Below the pieces are notes generated by a model that saw only the letters and a list, made by a program, of their open reading frames with translations, was not told the DNA's origin and made no database searches. Positions 47,136 to 62,426 of a stretch of DNA of 64,000 nt are shown one piece after another (the stretch's first letter is position 1; each line of letters starts with the position of its first letter). The position numbers and the translations under genes were made by a program. The DNA is from the human T2T-CHM13v2.0 reference genome, Homo sapiens. The stretch lies in assembly GCF_009914755.1 (NCBI RefSeq), contig NC_060933.1, one strand, 5' to 3'.

Positions 47136-49050
47136 TAATGCTTTCAAACATTAGATGACATAAAACGCTTATAATATAATCTTAAAAGAAAAAAAGACAC
47201 AAAGCTATTCAGAGACACACCCGCAAATATATCTGACTGTAGTAAGTATTCAAATGAAAAGAAGTGAAGTTACGAACAATGTTCATTTATTCTTTCAACT
47301 CTTCAGTATTTACCAAACATTCTATAAAGGCCCTAATAATGAACAGAATATTTAAAATTAAACGCCTAGTCAAGCATAAACTATTTTCCTTTAGACAACA
47401 TAACTTTGCTCTATGTGTTTCTAAGGTGGTTAGTAACTCCATCAGAGATTTGCATTTTTTTTCCAAGTTTACAGAAAACAGCACAGCAACACTAAGGGCA
47501 CTCCATAGGTTTACCTTAACAAAGCATGTGATCCTACTCAACTGTTGTAGGAAGCTCATTATATCTTAGATGCTGAAAACACGGTATTAAATACAGAAAA
47601 GAAAGTGTCCAGGGCATGGGGAGAATATAAGGCAGCTTCCCTGAAGAGCGAGCCTTTCGATTTCAGGGCTGCCCCTTCATTCACTACCTGGGTTCTCACT
47701 GCCTGTGGGATCCTGTTAATGGGGATAGGCTCCTATTTATGCATTCTCAGCATGACTAGAAAGTGATTGAGAGCAGGCGTTAGGACACATGTGTACACAC
47801 AAGAAGATTGATTTTAGAGGAGAAAATGAGAATCATAATAAAAGAGGAATACATTTAAATGTTTTATTTTAATCAAAGTAATTTATGCACTTACAGTATT
47901 TCCCTGCTTCTTAAAAGGACTTTTCATATTTTAATATCTAAAACTGGGAACCATCGTCTAATCAAATGCATGTTAGTTTACTTGGCATTTTTTTCTTTCT
48001 CAGATGTATATAAAATAGAAGTACAGCACACATCTAACGGCATCTGAGATCCAATGAAATATGGTAGTTTAAAAAGTCAATACGGTACTAAAGGTTCCTC
48101 CCATCCCTCCCCACTGCAACCACTCTGGCAGCTGCTTCCAATTCTGTTAGCTGAATTGTTATCCTGCCTCTATAGTTCTAAAGAATATGCCCTGTGCTTT
48201 TAATTTCTTGATTTATAAATTATAGACACCATCTATTAACTTACTATTAATGGGAAGTGAGGATTGAGGACTCTTCCATATATCCTTTCCCTCCTCCTCA
48301 ATGCTCTCAAAATAAATATGTAACTGTTTTTGTTGTTTTCAAAATTGATTTCAACATTATGACTACCTAAGTACTACTCATGGCTGAGCCACAGAGTATA
48401 CTATGATAATATTTCCTTTCTTGTAAGTTTTAATTGTTCTGTTTCTCTTCCTCACTTTTTTGTGTGTCTATTGCTAATTTTTCCTAAATGTATTCTAACA
48501 GCTCTGAAACAATGCCTAATATAACTTTTACTAATGAAATGCAAAGAATCCACCAGGATTATTCCTCATCTTCCAGAAGAGCTCCCTTCTGGAGCACTCT
48601 CTCCCTGGCTTCAGATTGGACTGGCTGCTCTCAGCACTGCCTGTTATCCTGACACTTTCCCTGGACATGGTCCTGTAAAACGGTCATGATCAGGCCCCAG
48701 TCTCCTGGATTCGGTCTTCCTCCTTCATGATTTTACTCTCATTTTGGTGGAATACATGCTCCAGTGATTAACTGAGGAAGGACATATGGGAAGGAAATTT
48801 GAGTCCATGCATATCTGAAAGTGTCTCATATTTGATAGACAAGTTGGCTGGCTATAGAATTCTAGTTGAAAACCTTTTTCTCTCAATTTTGAAGGTATTT
48901 CAGAAGCTAACAGCATTCTGATTTCTAATCCTTATTAATGTGATTTCATTTTTTTCTTTCTCTGAAAGGTTAATCCCTGGTACTATAAACTTTTACAATA
49001 TTGAGACCTGGTGGCATTCTTTTTTATTGATTTAGCTGGGCACCAGGTAA

Positions 49051-49492
<442 letters not shown>

Positions 49493-50782
49493 TGATCATT
49501 CTAAATCTCTGTTCTGCTCATATTACCAAGCTCTATCCTTTGGTTCTGCTTTCTATTTACCTATATCTCAGAAAAGTATCTCCCAATTCTTTTACTGAAA
49601 TGTTTATTTTGGCTATCATTTTTAATTTTGAAGAGTTCTTTTAGTCTCAAAATGGTCTTTTTCTGTGGCATCCTGATGCTTACATATGCACAAACATCTT
49701 ATCTCTGTGGCTATGGTAGATATTTTCTTCTGCTCTATCATTATGGTTTTGTTCTAGCTCTCTTTTCTCCTCTTAATGTTGGTGTCTGTCTTTACTGTTA
49801 AAACCTTCTTCCAAAGCCAAACAATCTGCCCAGCCAAGGTGAGTGAGGCTCTCTATAAGCTGACTGAGGAGCCTTCCAAGTTAATATAGTTGGTTGAACA
49901 TATGCACTCAACTGTACAACCTCCTGGAATCCCACTGTCTACAGTAAAGACTTCTTTGTTTTTAAATATAAACCCACAAGGAGGAGAACAGGAGAGAGGG
50001 AATAGAACCATAAGTTTTTGAAACTAAAAAACAGACAGGCAGGTGGTAACTGACACTGCAAATCCACAAAAGCAGAATCCTAAGCTGCCACTGTCTCAAA
50101 GTGAAGAGTCAACTGATTATACTACAGAATCCTTAAAATCATGAGGAACTTATAGCATCTGGTACTTCTGGAACAGGAGATGAGCAGCAGGTAGACAAGG
50201 GGAGCTAAAATACTGAAGACAGAGTGAAAACCACTGGAGGAGCAGTCACAACCCCTGGGTCCTGCCCCAACTCTACACTCCCAAGCAACAGCTCTTTTCT
50301 CACCAGAAACCTGGATTATTCTCTATAGAGAATAAAACAAGGAGTACCTGGATAAAGTATTCCAGAAGTAGTTGAGGGCATGAGTGCCATTCCAAATGAG
50401 GGGATTAAGTGAAGCATATACATTCTGAATGCCCAGACCACCAACCCTTCCTCACCACCAGCCTCTTTCCCCCCAGAGGTAGTCAGACCCCTACCAGCCT
50501 GAAAATCAGAAGACTACTTTCTAAAAAACATGACCAGCTCAAGAAGAAAACAATACCGACACCACTATTTCCAACAGATGCTCAGTTCAACATACAACAA
50601 AGCTCAAAGTCAACAAGTCCCACCACTGTGAACAAAGCTGTTTTGTCTCCCCATATATAAACAGTTTACTAGATCCTGGCAGAAGGCCTCAAAGATTTAA
50701 AAAGAATAACACAAAACCGAAAAGAAGGAAGCTTAGAAGAAACAGATTATGCAGGGAAAAGAAAACTCCTTGTATAAGTATA

Positions 50783-51088
50783 CAGTCATGTGTCACTTAA
50801 TGACAGTGACATGTTCTGAGAAATGCATCATTAGGCAATTTCTTTGTTGTGTGAACATCAGAGTGTACTCATACAAAACTAGATGTTATAGGCTCCTAGG
50901 CTACAAACCTGCACAGCATGGTACTGTACTAAAGACTGCAGTAACTGTAACAACAGTAGGTATTTGTGTATCTAGACATATCTGAACCTAGGAAAGGTAC
51001 GGTAAAGATGTGGTGGTATAATCTCGCAGAACCACTATCATCTATGGAGCCCATCATTGACTGAAATGTCATTATGTGGTGCAGGGAT
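50783..51088. mobile_element. Tigger3/MER7-like TcMar element
   Basis: TA-CAGTCATGTGTCACTTAATGAC...TTCTGAGAAATGCATCATTAGGCAATTT...GTCATTATGTGGTGCA. Confidence 0.75.
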
Positions 51089-53174
51089 GAACTGGATTTC
51101 TAGAAGGAAAGACAGAGAAAACAGGAAATCAAGCACAAAACAACTAAAGAAAATATCATAGAACTTGAAGAGCTTCCAGCTTGAACAATGAGAATAGATT
51201 CATACCAACATACATCACTGGAAATTTCAGAATATTATGACAACAAAGAGAACTCCCTACCAGCTCCCCTAGAGAAAAACACAGCAAATACAGATGATCA
51301 GAAATTCTAAGAGCAACATTGGAAGCAGGGTGGCAATGGAATAATGCCTTCAAATTACTGAATGCCTTCAAATTACCGACTCTCAACCTGTAAGTCTACA
51401 CCAGCCAAAACACTGCATCCTTCCTCAAAAAGCTCCTAGAGGCTATGTCCTATTAAACAAGAGTAAACCAAGAAAGAAGACAAGATACAGGAAATGGGAG
51501 ATCCTGCACAGGAGAGAGGCGAAGGAAAGCCCCAGGAGACTAGGATGACAGCTGGGTACTAGGCACAGACGAGAACCAGTTCGGATCAGAACAGCAGCTG
51601 CCAAGAGACAGGCATGTCTCAAAGTTCCTGCTGTCCTGCACTATCTTTTTAATGAGGGACAGAGCCAGGTGACCCTGGCCTGTATAACTTGTCTGTACTT
51701 AGCTTGTCTTAACTACATACTGATGAAATTCCTACTCTCCCTCCTCTGTCTGATCAGCAGAGGACATTCATTTTATCCCACAGAAGGATTCTGTCTGACC
51801 TATTCCTGAGAGCTGAAAGCAGGCGCAGAGAGCAGCTTCCCTGCCTGCCATATTTCACGCATGTCCAGTGCCTTGCCCTTGCTAGAAGCCTTGCCAGACG
51901 CTCTGATGAGGGTAAGCCTTGTGTTTCCCAGACTCATTCATGACCTTGTGCACTGACTTCCCAGAAGGGGCTGTGAAACCTCAGGGACAGTGAAACCACA
52001 CCAAGACTCAGATGCGCTGGTCCTCCTCTCATCTCCTGGAAACCTTCAACTACTAGTGACAAGACTGCCCTTCTCTTAACCAGGCTTTGCCTCCTAGTCA
52101 ACTAGCTTTTCAAAACAAAGCAATACCTACAGTAAAACTACAAAGAAAAGCAAGAGAATGATTAAAAGCAACAATGGTAGTTGTCTCTGAGGTAGTAGGG
52201 AGAAAAGAGGGGTTCTCCACGGGGAGCCTCTAAGGTACCAGTAATGTTCTGTTTTTTTTAAGCTAGGTGCCAGCTACATGTGTTTTTGTGTTATTATTAA
52301 ACTTTACATACACATTTTCTATACTTCTCTACATATAATCTCACAATAAACTGCTTTAAGCTGGCTGAGGCTCTGTGTGGTAGAGGCAGTGTCTGTGGTG
52401 AGGTGAGATTCGCTGTTGGGGGATCAGGCAGTGAGCTAGCTTTTTCAGCAGGAGATCCCTAAGTGTCAGTATCCATGGGTCAGTTTCCCCAAAAAGGGCC
52501 AGCTCCCCTAACTGGGGAGCATAATAAGCCTGGCTACCAGGCAGAGACAAGCAGAGGGAAGGAGCTGGGCCTCCCACAGCTCAGTCTGTAAATTTCCTTT
52601 ATCTCCCTCGCTCAGTCTTACCCTCAGTTCCACTCTCCACTGTGCCTGGAATCCTTCAATCAAGGGACTCAAAGGTTCGGTTTTTCCAGAGAACATACCT
52701 GGGGGCCTCTGTAGGGCCCTGGGGAGGATGGTATAGTCAACTGGCTTTGCAGAATGGAGAAAGGACCTCAGGGACTCCAAATACTTAATATAGGACTCCC
52801 TGAAGTCCTTTCTCCATTTTGCAAAGCCAGATTTATATATATGCTAAATTGTTTTTCTGCAGTCCCCTTGTTTTTAGCCATATGCTTCACCTCCTGCATC
52901 GCCCCATCACTGGCACTACTGAGGTGTAAGCCTTTCTGGGGGACAGGCACTTGTGCTGCAACTTTCTCCACTCTGCTAAATGTTATTAGTCCTCCGCCTG
53001 TGAAGAGTATGTTTTAAACTCACACAAATTTTAGCTGTATGAGTGCTTCCAAGTGGACTGATTCTGTAAGTAGAACATCTATATTCCCAAATATACCTCA
53101 ACAGGGATTACCTCCTAGATCACATTTTCAATCTCTCGAAAGATTCTTTAAAATTTTGACACTAGTTTCTATAC

Positions 53175-53248
53175 CTTCGAGGGTCCAGTTCATGGTCCTT
53201 GGATCCAGTCACTAATTCCGGATGAATTCGCACATGCTCCATCATTGG
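53175..53248 (-). CDS. TSC1: Hamartin exon 8
   Basis: TAG / GTAT, 74 nt, PMMEHVRIHPELVTGSKDHELDPR. Confidence 0.97.
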
Positions 53249-53294
53249 CTAGAAGAGTTGGGTTGACAAATTATAAAGGGCTGAATGTTTGTGG

Positions 53295-53520
53295 AACATC
53301 CAAATGATGGAATATTAGTTGACAATTAAAAGGAATGAAGTACTGATACATGTTATAACACAGATGGAACCTTGAGAACATTATACTGAGTGAAAGAAGC
53401 CAGTCACAAAAGACCACATATTATATGATCCCATTTATACAAAATGTCCAGAATAGGCAAATCTATTAAGACAGAAAACAGATTAGTGGCTGCCTAGGGA
53501 TTGGAGTGGCGAGGAAGAAA
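53295..53520 (+). mobile_element. L1M (L1MB/ME-like) 3' fragment in TSC1 intron 7
   Basis: AAAAGGAATGAAGTACTGATACATG...AGTGAAAGAAGCCAGTCACAAAAGACCACATATT. Confidence 0.75.
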
Positions 53521-53624
53521 ACTGAATTTCTTTTCAAAATTTCCCTGTCTGCCGTTAAATACAAAAGGTATAAATGCAGCCTATCTAAACAGTATACTAA
53601 GTAGCAAACAAACAAGCAGTTTCA

Positions 53625-53882
<258 letters not shown>

Positions 53883-53959
53883 CTATGTATATTCCCACCT
53901 CACTCCAAAGACAGGAAGAGTGGTTTTCTAAAATGCAAACAAATCCGAACACACCAGAC

Positions 53960-54270
53960 ACCCTTATTTCAAATCCATCAATGGCTCCCTATAAGTTTTG
54001 GATAAATTCCAGTCTACTAGTATGATCCATGAAGGCTCTTCCTGATCTAACTTCTGCCCTCCTCTTCAGCCACTGCCCAAAAAGGATCCCAAACATTCTC
54101 ACAATACTGAACTATCTTTATGATGATAGCTCTCTGTAAAATTTATACTTTTCCATTGCCGAATTCAGTACGAGCTTCTTGAGAAAAAAACTGTCTTACT
54201 TATTTCTCGGTGCTTTGCACTGGACCTGATATTTAACAAGCACTCAATATTTACAGAATGAATGTGTGAG
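53960..54270 (+). mobile_element. L2 3' fragment
   Basis: Ends CACTCAATATTTACAGAATGAATG, typical of L2. Confidence 0.55.
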
Positions 54271-55159
54271 ACTCTTTTAAATCAGTATGTAGTCTTAGCT
54301 ATGCAGATTTATAACTACAGAGTGAAAAAAACTATTATCTAGAAATTAGCTTAAAGAACTAAGAGTGAAAGAAATTGAACATCTTAATTTAGCCTTACCT
54401 AGACCCTGTGGAAACCCACGGCCACAGTATACATAAAGGTCCTCCAAAATAATGGACAGACCATTCCTTTTTCACAAAGGTCCTACTAAACAAGCAGGCA
54501 CCACGTGGGCCTATGCTTGTAATTTAATCCTATACAGGAAGGCACGGTGTTCTGTCTCACAGGTCTGACATACTTCACCCTTTTGATAGAAATACCTCAC
54601 ACTGGGATAACCCAAAGATTCCAAATTTCACATGCTTACAGCTTCTGATCCCTTTGATAGAGCTCTGCTACCTGCCGATAGGGGAAAAAAAAAAACCACT
54701 GCATTTGAAGCTGGAGTGCTAATCAGGACACACCGCATTTCCCTCTGACTCCTACAGGTACAACGAGTGGGTTCTCAGAATCTGACATTTGCGTTCTGTC
54801 ACAACAGAGCAGCCAAGGAAGACAGAAATGTCCCACAAGCTTAGTCCTGTACTGCTGCAATACAGACGGAGGCTGTTTTTCAGTTTATCAACAATCATAA
54901 AGTTTTACATCCTACCACTCAATTTCTCTGACGACTAATCCTTTTAAGCCAAGAAAATAAAAAAAGTTATCTCAACAGTCATGTTTCTTCTATGTGCCTG
55001 TAGTGGATGCACCCAAGATATTCCCTCATCTGTCTGGTGAAAACCACTCATTTCAGCTATAAAAGTCTACATGTCCATTCCTTACAGCATATGAGCAATT
55101 AATCAATAATGAAAGCATTCACCTCACAGGGCCCAACAGGTATATGAGGAGATCTGTAC

Positions 55160-55304
55160 CTGGTTTCTTCAGGCACCATGATGACAGACGGCCAAAAATG
55201 TCAAAGAAATCAAGAAGATGCTGTTTCCCAGACTGTGGAATCATTGGTAGCATGGTTATCAACACCAAGACGCCTGTTGTGAGGACAACGACGTCAGTGT
55301 CCAT
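55160..55304 (-). CDS. TSC1: Hamartin exon 6
   Basis: CAG / GTACA, 145 nt, [24 protein letters not shown]... Confidence 0.97.
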
Positions 55305-56401
55305 CTGCAGGAGAAAAGGTCAAACAGGAAACGTCTGTCAGGCACTGGCACCAGGATCGGCATTGTACAGTACATGAAGAGGCTCTAAACACTGAGAGAA
55401 TCACAAATCACAAGTTGACTCACGTACTCATTTCCCTATCCCTAAGGATTACTGAAGGGATAACATTCAAACAGACTCAACAGAACACTGAGCCCCAACT
55501 CTACTGTAATGAGTCAGTGAGGACCATTTACAACACACCTATGCAAAGGCATCCGGGAGACGAGTTCAAACTTGACTTGGGGACACCCAAGTCCTGCAGC
55601 CTTAGGATGCCCTATTGATAGCAGTTGGATGAAAACAAAAGGAGCTGCTTTTCAACAAAACACAGGAGCACTGCTCTGTTTCATTCATTCAACCAAATCC
55701 TAAGATACTTACTTTTTGTTAATTAAAAAAAAAAAAAACTGCACATTGACAAGTAACTTACTATTTTTTAAAGAACTACAACAGAAGTATAATTGAAGGA
55801 GAAATTCATATAGCACTAACAAGTCAACTTAAAGGCTCACTTCAAAGCAGTATTTAGAGACCAGTAAATTAAAATATATATATATATGGAAACCTTTCAG
55901 CACGCCTACAGTTTAAATATTAAGTCAAATAAATAACTTCAGGCTAACTGAAGACACTTAACACCCAATGGATACTCAATCAGCTCTGACTAGCTAGCTA
56001 CAGCAGCTCACCTGACCCATAATTAAATCATGAATGTTTGCCAGGTAGATGAAATTCAGATTTATGAAACAAGATATTAATCAAAAGACTACTATGTAGG
56101 TTAAGACATCCATTATTCCTATTAGAATAGGAATCTATGAGTCTGGGAATAAAGTTTTAAATATATTTTGATTTTTACATCAAGCATCAAGCCTTTCATT
56201 ACAGAAGATATCCAGTAAGAATAATATATTGGTAGGAGAATTGAGAATATATGAGACTATATAATGATTCTCAGCAGAAAGAACTAGCCCTGATTTCATT
56301 TTCCTAACAGTCTAACTGAAGACTTATCCATGATTAACAAAACTTACTCTTTTGGAAAAGATAAGTGTTTTGCAATCTGAACTAAATGATGTGCCTCAAA
56401 A

Positions 56402-56529
56402 TTAGATTATATTCTCATCAATCCATTTAGATTATATTCTCACCAATCCATTTAGATTATATTCTCATCAATCCATTTAGATTATATTCTCACCAATCCA
56501 TTAATTAGATTATATTCTCATCAATCCAT
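56402..56529. repeat. 25-bp minisatellite x5 (TTAGATTATATTCTCA[T/C]CAATCCAT)
   Basis: Units at 56402, 56427, 56452, 56477, 56505. Confidence 0.95.
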
Positions 56530-57400
56530 TTGTTTAAAAAACATTAAGTTGTTAAAACTGTTCCTATTTTTTCTGAATTAAATGCATGTTTTTATAATAC
56601 CCTGCCAATGTGACTCCTTGGGACCCACCTCTAGGGATAATAAAAGAGTTACCCTTCTTGGCAGACACAAAAATCAATTTGCATGGTGCTGTAGCAGATG
56701 AATCCAATGGTACTGCCATCCTGGAACAAATACTATTGGATATTTTCATGTCTCTGTGAGGTACAGGCAGTTAATATTAACCACATTTTCTTATTTTATA
56801 GATAGAAAACAAGTCCAGGAACTAAAACAGATTAAACAAATAACCCTGAGTATGGCTGCACGCCACTGTTAAAACTAAAACCATAAAGTTCTATTTAGAT
56901 TTTGACTCCCTATATAGAAAAATGCACTAAATTTAGTGCAAAAAATAGAATGCAACTTAGTAGAATTTACATCAACAAAGTCTTAATTATAGCTGCAACC
57001 AGACCATACTCCTAAATGGTTAACAGAAACTTTAAGCCATTTTTCTATTAGCTAAAAGATAATTTAGAAACAGGGATTCCCAAAAGATAATCCAGGATGT
57101 TTTTAAATGAGGGAAGGCTAAACGATGACGAAATCAAGAGGTTTGGAATAATGTAACATTGAACCCATCTGATCGAAATTTTTCCATACTTGCATGGACA
57201 AGGTATTCAATAGTCATAGTGATGTATTTGAGAACTTACTAAGTACCAACTCTGGACAACATTCTATTTGAGAAAAGCCAAATGCCTAGAAGGTTTTAAA
57301 CTCTAAAAGTTAAAATCTAGCTTCCTTGCTTTAAGTTGCCTAAAATTTCAGAAACTATACTCATAAAACCATTTCATTCAAATCCTTACAAACATCCTAC

Positions 57401-57553
57401 CTTGAGACATTTTAGTAAAGAAGGCAAAAGAGGTGCTTGAGAGAGCTTATGCTTCCAAGATGGCTGCAGTCTTATGACATGACCCAGTAACGAGAGGATG
57501 GATAAACGAGTGGCGGCTTTGCCCACATATTCGTTAATCCTGTCCAAGAGGTG
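57401..57553 (-). CDS. TSC1: Hamartin exon 5
   Basis: CAG / GTAGG, 153 nt, [26 protein letters not shown]... Confidence 0.97.
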
Positions 57554-57994
57554 CTGAAAATGTAAAAGAACAAGGGCAGTCCTCACATGAATGTATGAAG
57601 TTAACACAAATAAAGACAGCAATGATGTGCTCCAATCTCTCAAGTCTTGTCTCTAATGTAAAGCAAGGGTCATGCAGATAAAAGGTCAAATTCAAGATTT
57701 TAAAAACCACGTTAGCAAACAAAACACTGCTGCATTTGGCCTGACAAAAGGCAGCCAGTTTGCAGCTCATGAAAAAGGACCCTACAATACACGCATGCAG
57801 AAAGGGGGAGACTTGTTCACAGCCCCTCAATAACCAACAGTCCCAAACTGTGATAGGTTACTGAAGCCATGAGGGGATCCTGCTGGAAGCAGCCACTTAT
57901 TGCTAGAGCAACCCAGCCTACATGGTTTGGCCTCAAGTATCAATTAGGTAGTAGAAGTTACATTTCAGACCAGAGTAAACAAAAAAACAAGACG

Positions 57995-58163
57995 GGCCAG
58001 GCGCAGTGGCTCATGCCGGCAATCCCTGCACTTTGGGAGGCTGAGGCAGGAGGATAGCTTGAGGCCAGGAGTTCAAGGTTACAGTGAGCTATGATTGTGC
58101 CACCACGCTCCAGTCTAGGGAACACAATGAGACCTCACCTCTTTAGAAAACAAAACAAAACAA
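57995..58163 (+). mobile_element. FRAM/FAM Alu monomer
   Basis: Monomer with A-rich tail and TSD AAAACAAGA. Confidence 0.8.
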
Positions 58164-58499
58164 GATGTACTGTAAAAGGCATGCAATACAAGGTCTTCAA
58201 ATCCTGGGGAAGTTGCTCTCATATATACACTTAAGACTTACCAAAGTCTGCAATAACAATGCTTTATTAGCTACTTACTAAAAACAAAAGGAAAACATGA
58301 AGGAGCCCTCCAAGTGCCGGGTGCTAGGAAACAAGACTCATTAATTTGTCATGTTAGTCCTTTGTACTTGAAGCTTTTCCATATCGATAAAAGTCTAAAA
58401 ATTCTATTCAAAGTATGGGTTGAAAGATGGGTACCTATGGGCCAAATCATCACTATACAATTATAGTACTGGAAATGTAAGATTTCTTTAAACAAGATC

Positions 58500-58786
<287 letters not shown>

Positions 58787-58996
58787 AAACAAGATCTTTA
58801 ACAGTCTCTGAAATATGTTTTATTTTGTAAACTTTTCAAGAATCATGGGTCCTACAAAGTAATTTTTATATGTAGTTATAAACTGGGAACAATGTCATCA
58901 GTGGCGCACAGAAATCAAAAGAATAAGCTCAGGACAAGTTGCACAGTGGCCGTGCACAGAAGCTGTTGTACTCATGAAGAACATATGAAATGCCTA

Positions 58997-59176
<180 letters not shown>

Positions 59177-59299
59177 TTACACAGCTTCCTGTCACAAAAT
59201 CCAGAAAATGTTTCTTTATATGCTATTCTAAGTTTTGTGCAGCATTACAGTTCTGCCTTCTTAATTTAATAATAAGATATTCCAAGCTTATTTGCCTAA

Positions 59300-59638
<339 letters not shown>

Positions 59639-60578
59639 CTTTATTGCTTTTTTAATTACAAAAAATAATCCATATCTACTGTTAAACATTCAGGCTATGT
59701 AAAAGTACATAAAATAAAAATGAAAGTGCTCCTCACCACCTGCCTCCCAACCCACTCTTCACAGATAAACACCCTTAAGTTTAGAGTGTGTCTCTTCAAA
59801 CCCTTTTCTACTTGTATAACCACACGCACACAGCCCTCATGTCCACAGACACAGACACAGTTTGTGCATGTGTGTGTTTTTTCCACTGAACAGTATGTTG
59901 TAACCACCTTCCCACGTCAGCATCTATGGCCTATTTCATTTCTTTCCGTCCTCCTAGTGTTCCACTGCATGGCTCTACATAACTAATTTAACCATTCACC
60001 TACTGAAGGATACTTGGGTTTTTCCAATTCTTCACTGTATTTCACTCAAAGCTGTAATAAGATACAGATTCTTATAAATGGCCCAAATGGTATGTGTTTT
60101 AAAATTGATGACTGATGCTCCAAAAGGCTGAACATCAATTCATATTCCTGCTAACAGTGCCCATTTCTATATTCAATATTTAATTTTGCCAACCTGGTAA
60201 GCAAAAAAGGGTACTATTTAAATTTGTATTTCTCATATTAAAAAGAGGTTAAGCACTTTTCATATTAAAAACCACATATATGATTTACAGTTAAAGCAAC
60301 ATCTGGAATTTGCTTTAAAATATTTGGAGGGTGGGAGAGTCAGGGAGGAAAGAATTTGAAACTGGATTCATGGGGTTCACTGCATGATTCTTACTTCATG
60401 TGTGTGCATACTTGAGTATTTCCATAATTGAAAGTTTAAAACACATATAGATACTCTCTTTGGGTGTTTAAAAAACTTTTCAGAAGATGAAAACTAAAAT
60501 GTATCAGCAGGATTCTAGTGGCTCTAAAGTCAATCTCTTCTTTCTAGAAGATAAGCTAAAAAGGATATTATTTTGCTA

Positions 60579-60746
<168 letters not shown>

Positions 60747-61539
60747 TCATTGGGGCCACTACCAAACTGAGAAAAAGGAAGATGAACAGTCACTAAATGG
60801 CCCCATTTTTCTCCATAAAAAAAGAAAATACCTGCAAGACAAACTAATGCACGTGTTCAATGCAATGGAAAGTTTGGCCAGAATTCTCTGATTCAAACAG
60901 TGAGTACATTTAGCTGATAAAAGAAGATAAAGTGTATGAATAATTCTTTGGCGAGTTTATGAAGAGGGTTTCTACAAAATATAACAATCAGAAAGAAACC
61001 TTAAAAACTGATACCAGTCACAGCAACTTAATGATAGGATCAAATCTAAGTTTTATTCCTACTTCTGATTCTACCTTGGGTTTTGGCTAAGACCACATTT
61101 ATATTTCAAATTATTGATCTAAAAAGCAGACAGTCTTTTTTCAGCAAAAGAACTAAATACATACTATTTCCTTCTTGACAGTCTCATCAATGGCTAAGAG
61201 TTAGTATAGCTGGTTAGGTCACAAGTCTGTTAAGTCCAACATCTAGCATAAACTGGGGATCATTTCTCTGTTTTAGCATATACCTCTCATCTGAGACATC
61301 TAATTGCACACCCAAATACCACTGGCTACAGGGAGGTATCCATAGATGGGATCATCAGGGCAAATCTTCAAAAACTCACCCTTCAAAACCCAAGCTCTCT
61401 ATGGTAGTAGAGCAGCTGCTTTATCTTGATATACAAAAAGCAGCTCATTCCCAAGTGTAACTATACACATTTACGATTTCTCCCCCACTTTGATCTCTGA
61501 GGCTATATTTGTTAAAACAAGTAACAACAGTTATCATTC

Positions 61540-61760
61540 ATAAGCACTGTACACCTTTCACAAACATCATTGTATATACTCCTAATATGACCACCATGTA
61601 ATTGGCACTTTTGTCCCCATTGTACAGGGAGCAGAATGGAGATCAAGCCATTTGTTCTGGGTCACAAAGCTAGCAAGAGGCAAAACCAGAGGAGAAAAAC
61701 TGATATTGGAAGCTAGGTATGCCCGACTCCAAAGCCCCAAGCCCTTAAGTGTCACACTAA
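61540..61760 (-). mobile_element. MIR
   Basis: CCCCATTGTACAGG...GGTCACAAAGCTAG...GACTCCAAAGCCC. Confidence 0.6.
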
Positions 61761-61900
61761 GCTAACCTGTGGTTTTGATCATCACAGCAAGTCTGTGATG
61801 TGATGTGATGTGGTGTGAGCAGGTATCATCCTTATTTTACACATGGGGATATGCATGCCCAAAAAGGATAACACTTCCTTTTCTTTCAGTAAGTGTAAGT

Positions 61901-62065
61901 AGCAGTTCTTAAGCTTCAATGTGCATCGAAACCACCTGGGATACTTGCTAGAAATGCAATACCTGGGCCCCTTCCAAAACTGTATTTTGGGCTCAGGAAT
62001 CTATATTTTAATAAGCACTCCAGGTAATTCTTAAAGTGAGACACAAATTATTTTTGAGAAACACT
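61901..62065. mobile_element. MER5A-like hAT element
   Basis: CAGTTCTTAAGCTT...CACCTGGG...GGAATCTATATTTTAATAAGCACTCCAGGTAATTCT...TTTGAGAAACACT. Confidence 0.7.
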
Positions 62066-62120
62066 ATGATAAAGAAAAATCCAACTAAAGAGTTAAGCTG
62101 AGGCCGGATGTAGTGGCTGA

Positions 62121-62426
62121 GGCCAGGCATGGTGGCTCACGCTTGTAATCCCAGCATAATGGGAGGCCGAGGCAGGCAGATCACCTAAGGTCAAGAGTTC
62201 GAGACCAACCTGGCCAACATGGTGAAGCCCCGTCTCTACTAAAAATACAAAAATTAGCTGGTGTGGTGGCGTGTGCCTGTAGTCCCACCTACTCAGGAGG
62301 CTGAGGCAGGAGAATCACTTGAGCCTGGGAGACGGAGGTTGCAGTGAGTCAAGGTCATGCCACTGCACTCTAGCCTGGGCAACAAAGCAAGACTCTGCCT
62401 CAAAAAAAAAAAAAAAAAAAAAAAAA
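62121..62426 (+). mobile_element. Alu (S-like), with an extra 19-nt Alu head at 62102-62120
   Basis: Consensus, A tail, TSD AGAG(T/A)TAAGCT. Confidence 0.93.

Noticed and set aside
51343-51376. 18-bp tandem duplication AATGCCTTCAAATTACTG
   Set aside because: Simple slippage within decayed L1 sequence
56402-56529. CRISPR-like array
   Set aside because: Contiguous tandem units with no unique spacers; eukaryotic intron
56923-56940. Perfect 18-bp palindrome TGCACTAAATTTAGTGCA
   Set aside because: One palindrome of this length is plausible by chance in 64 kb; no supporting context
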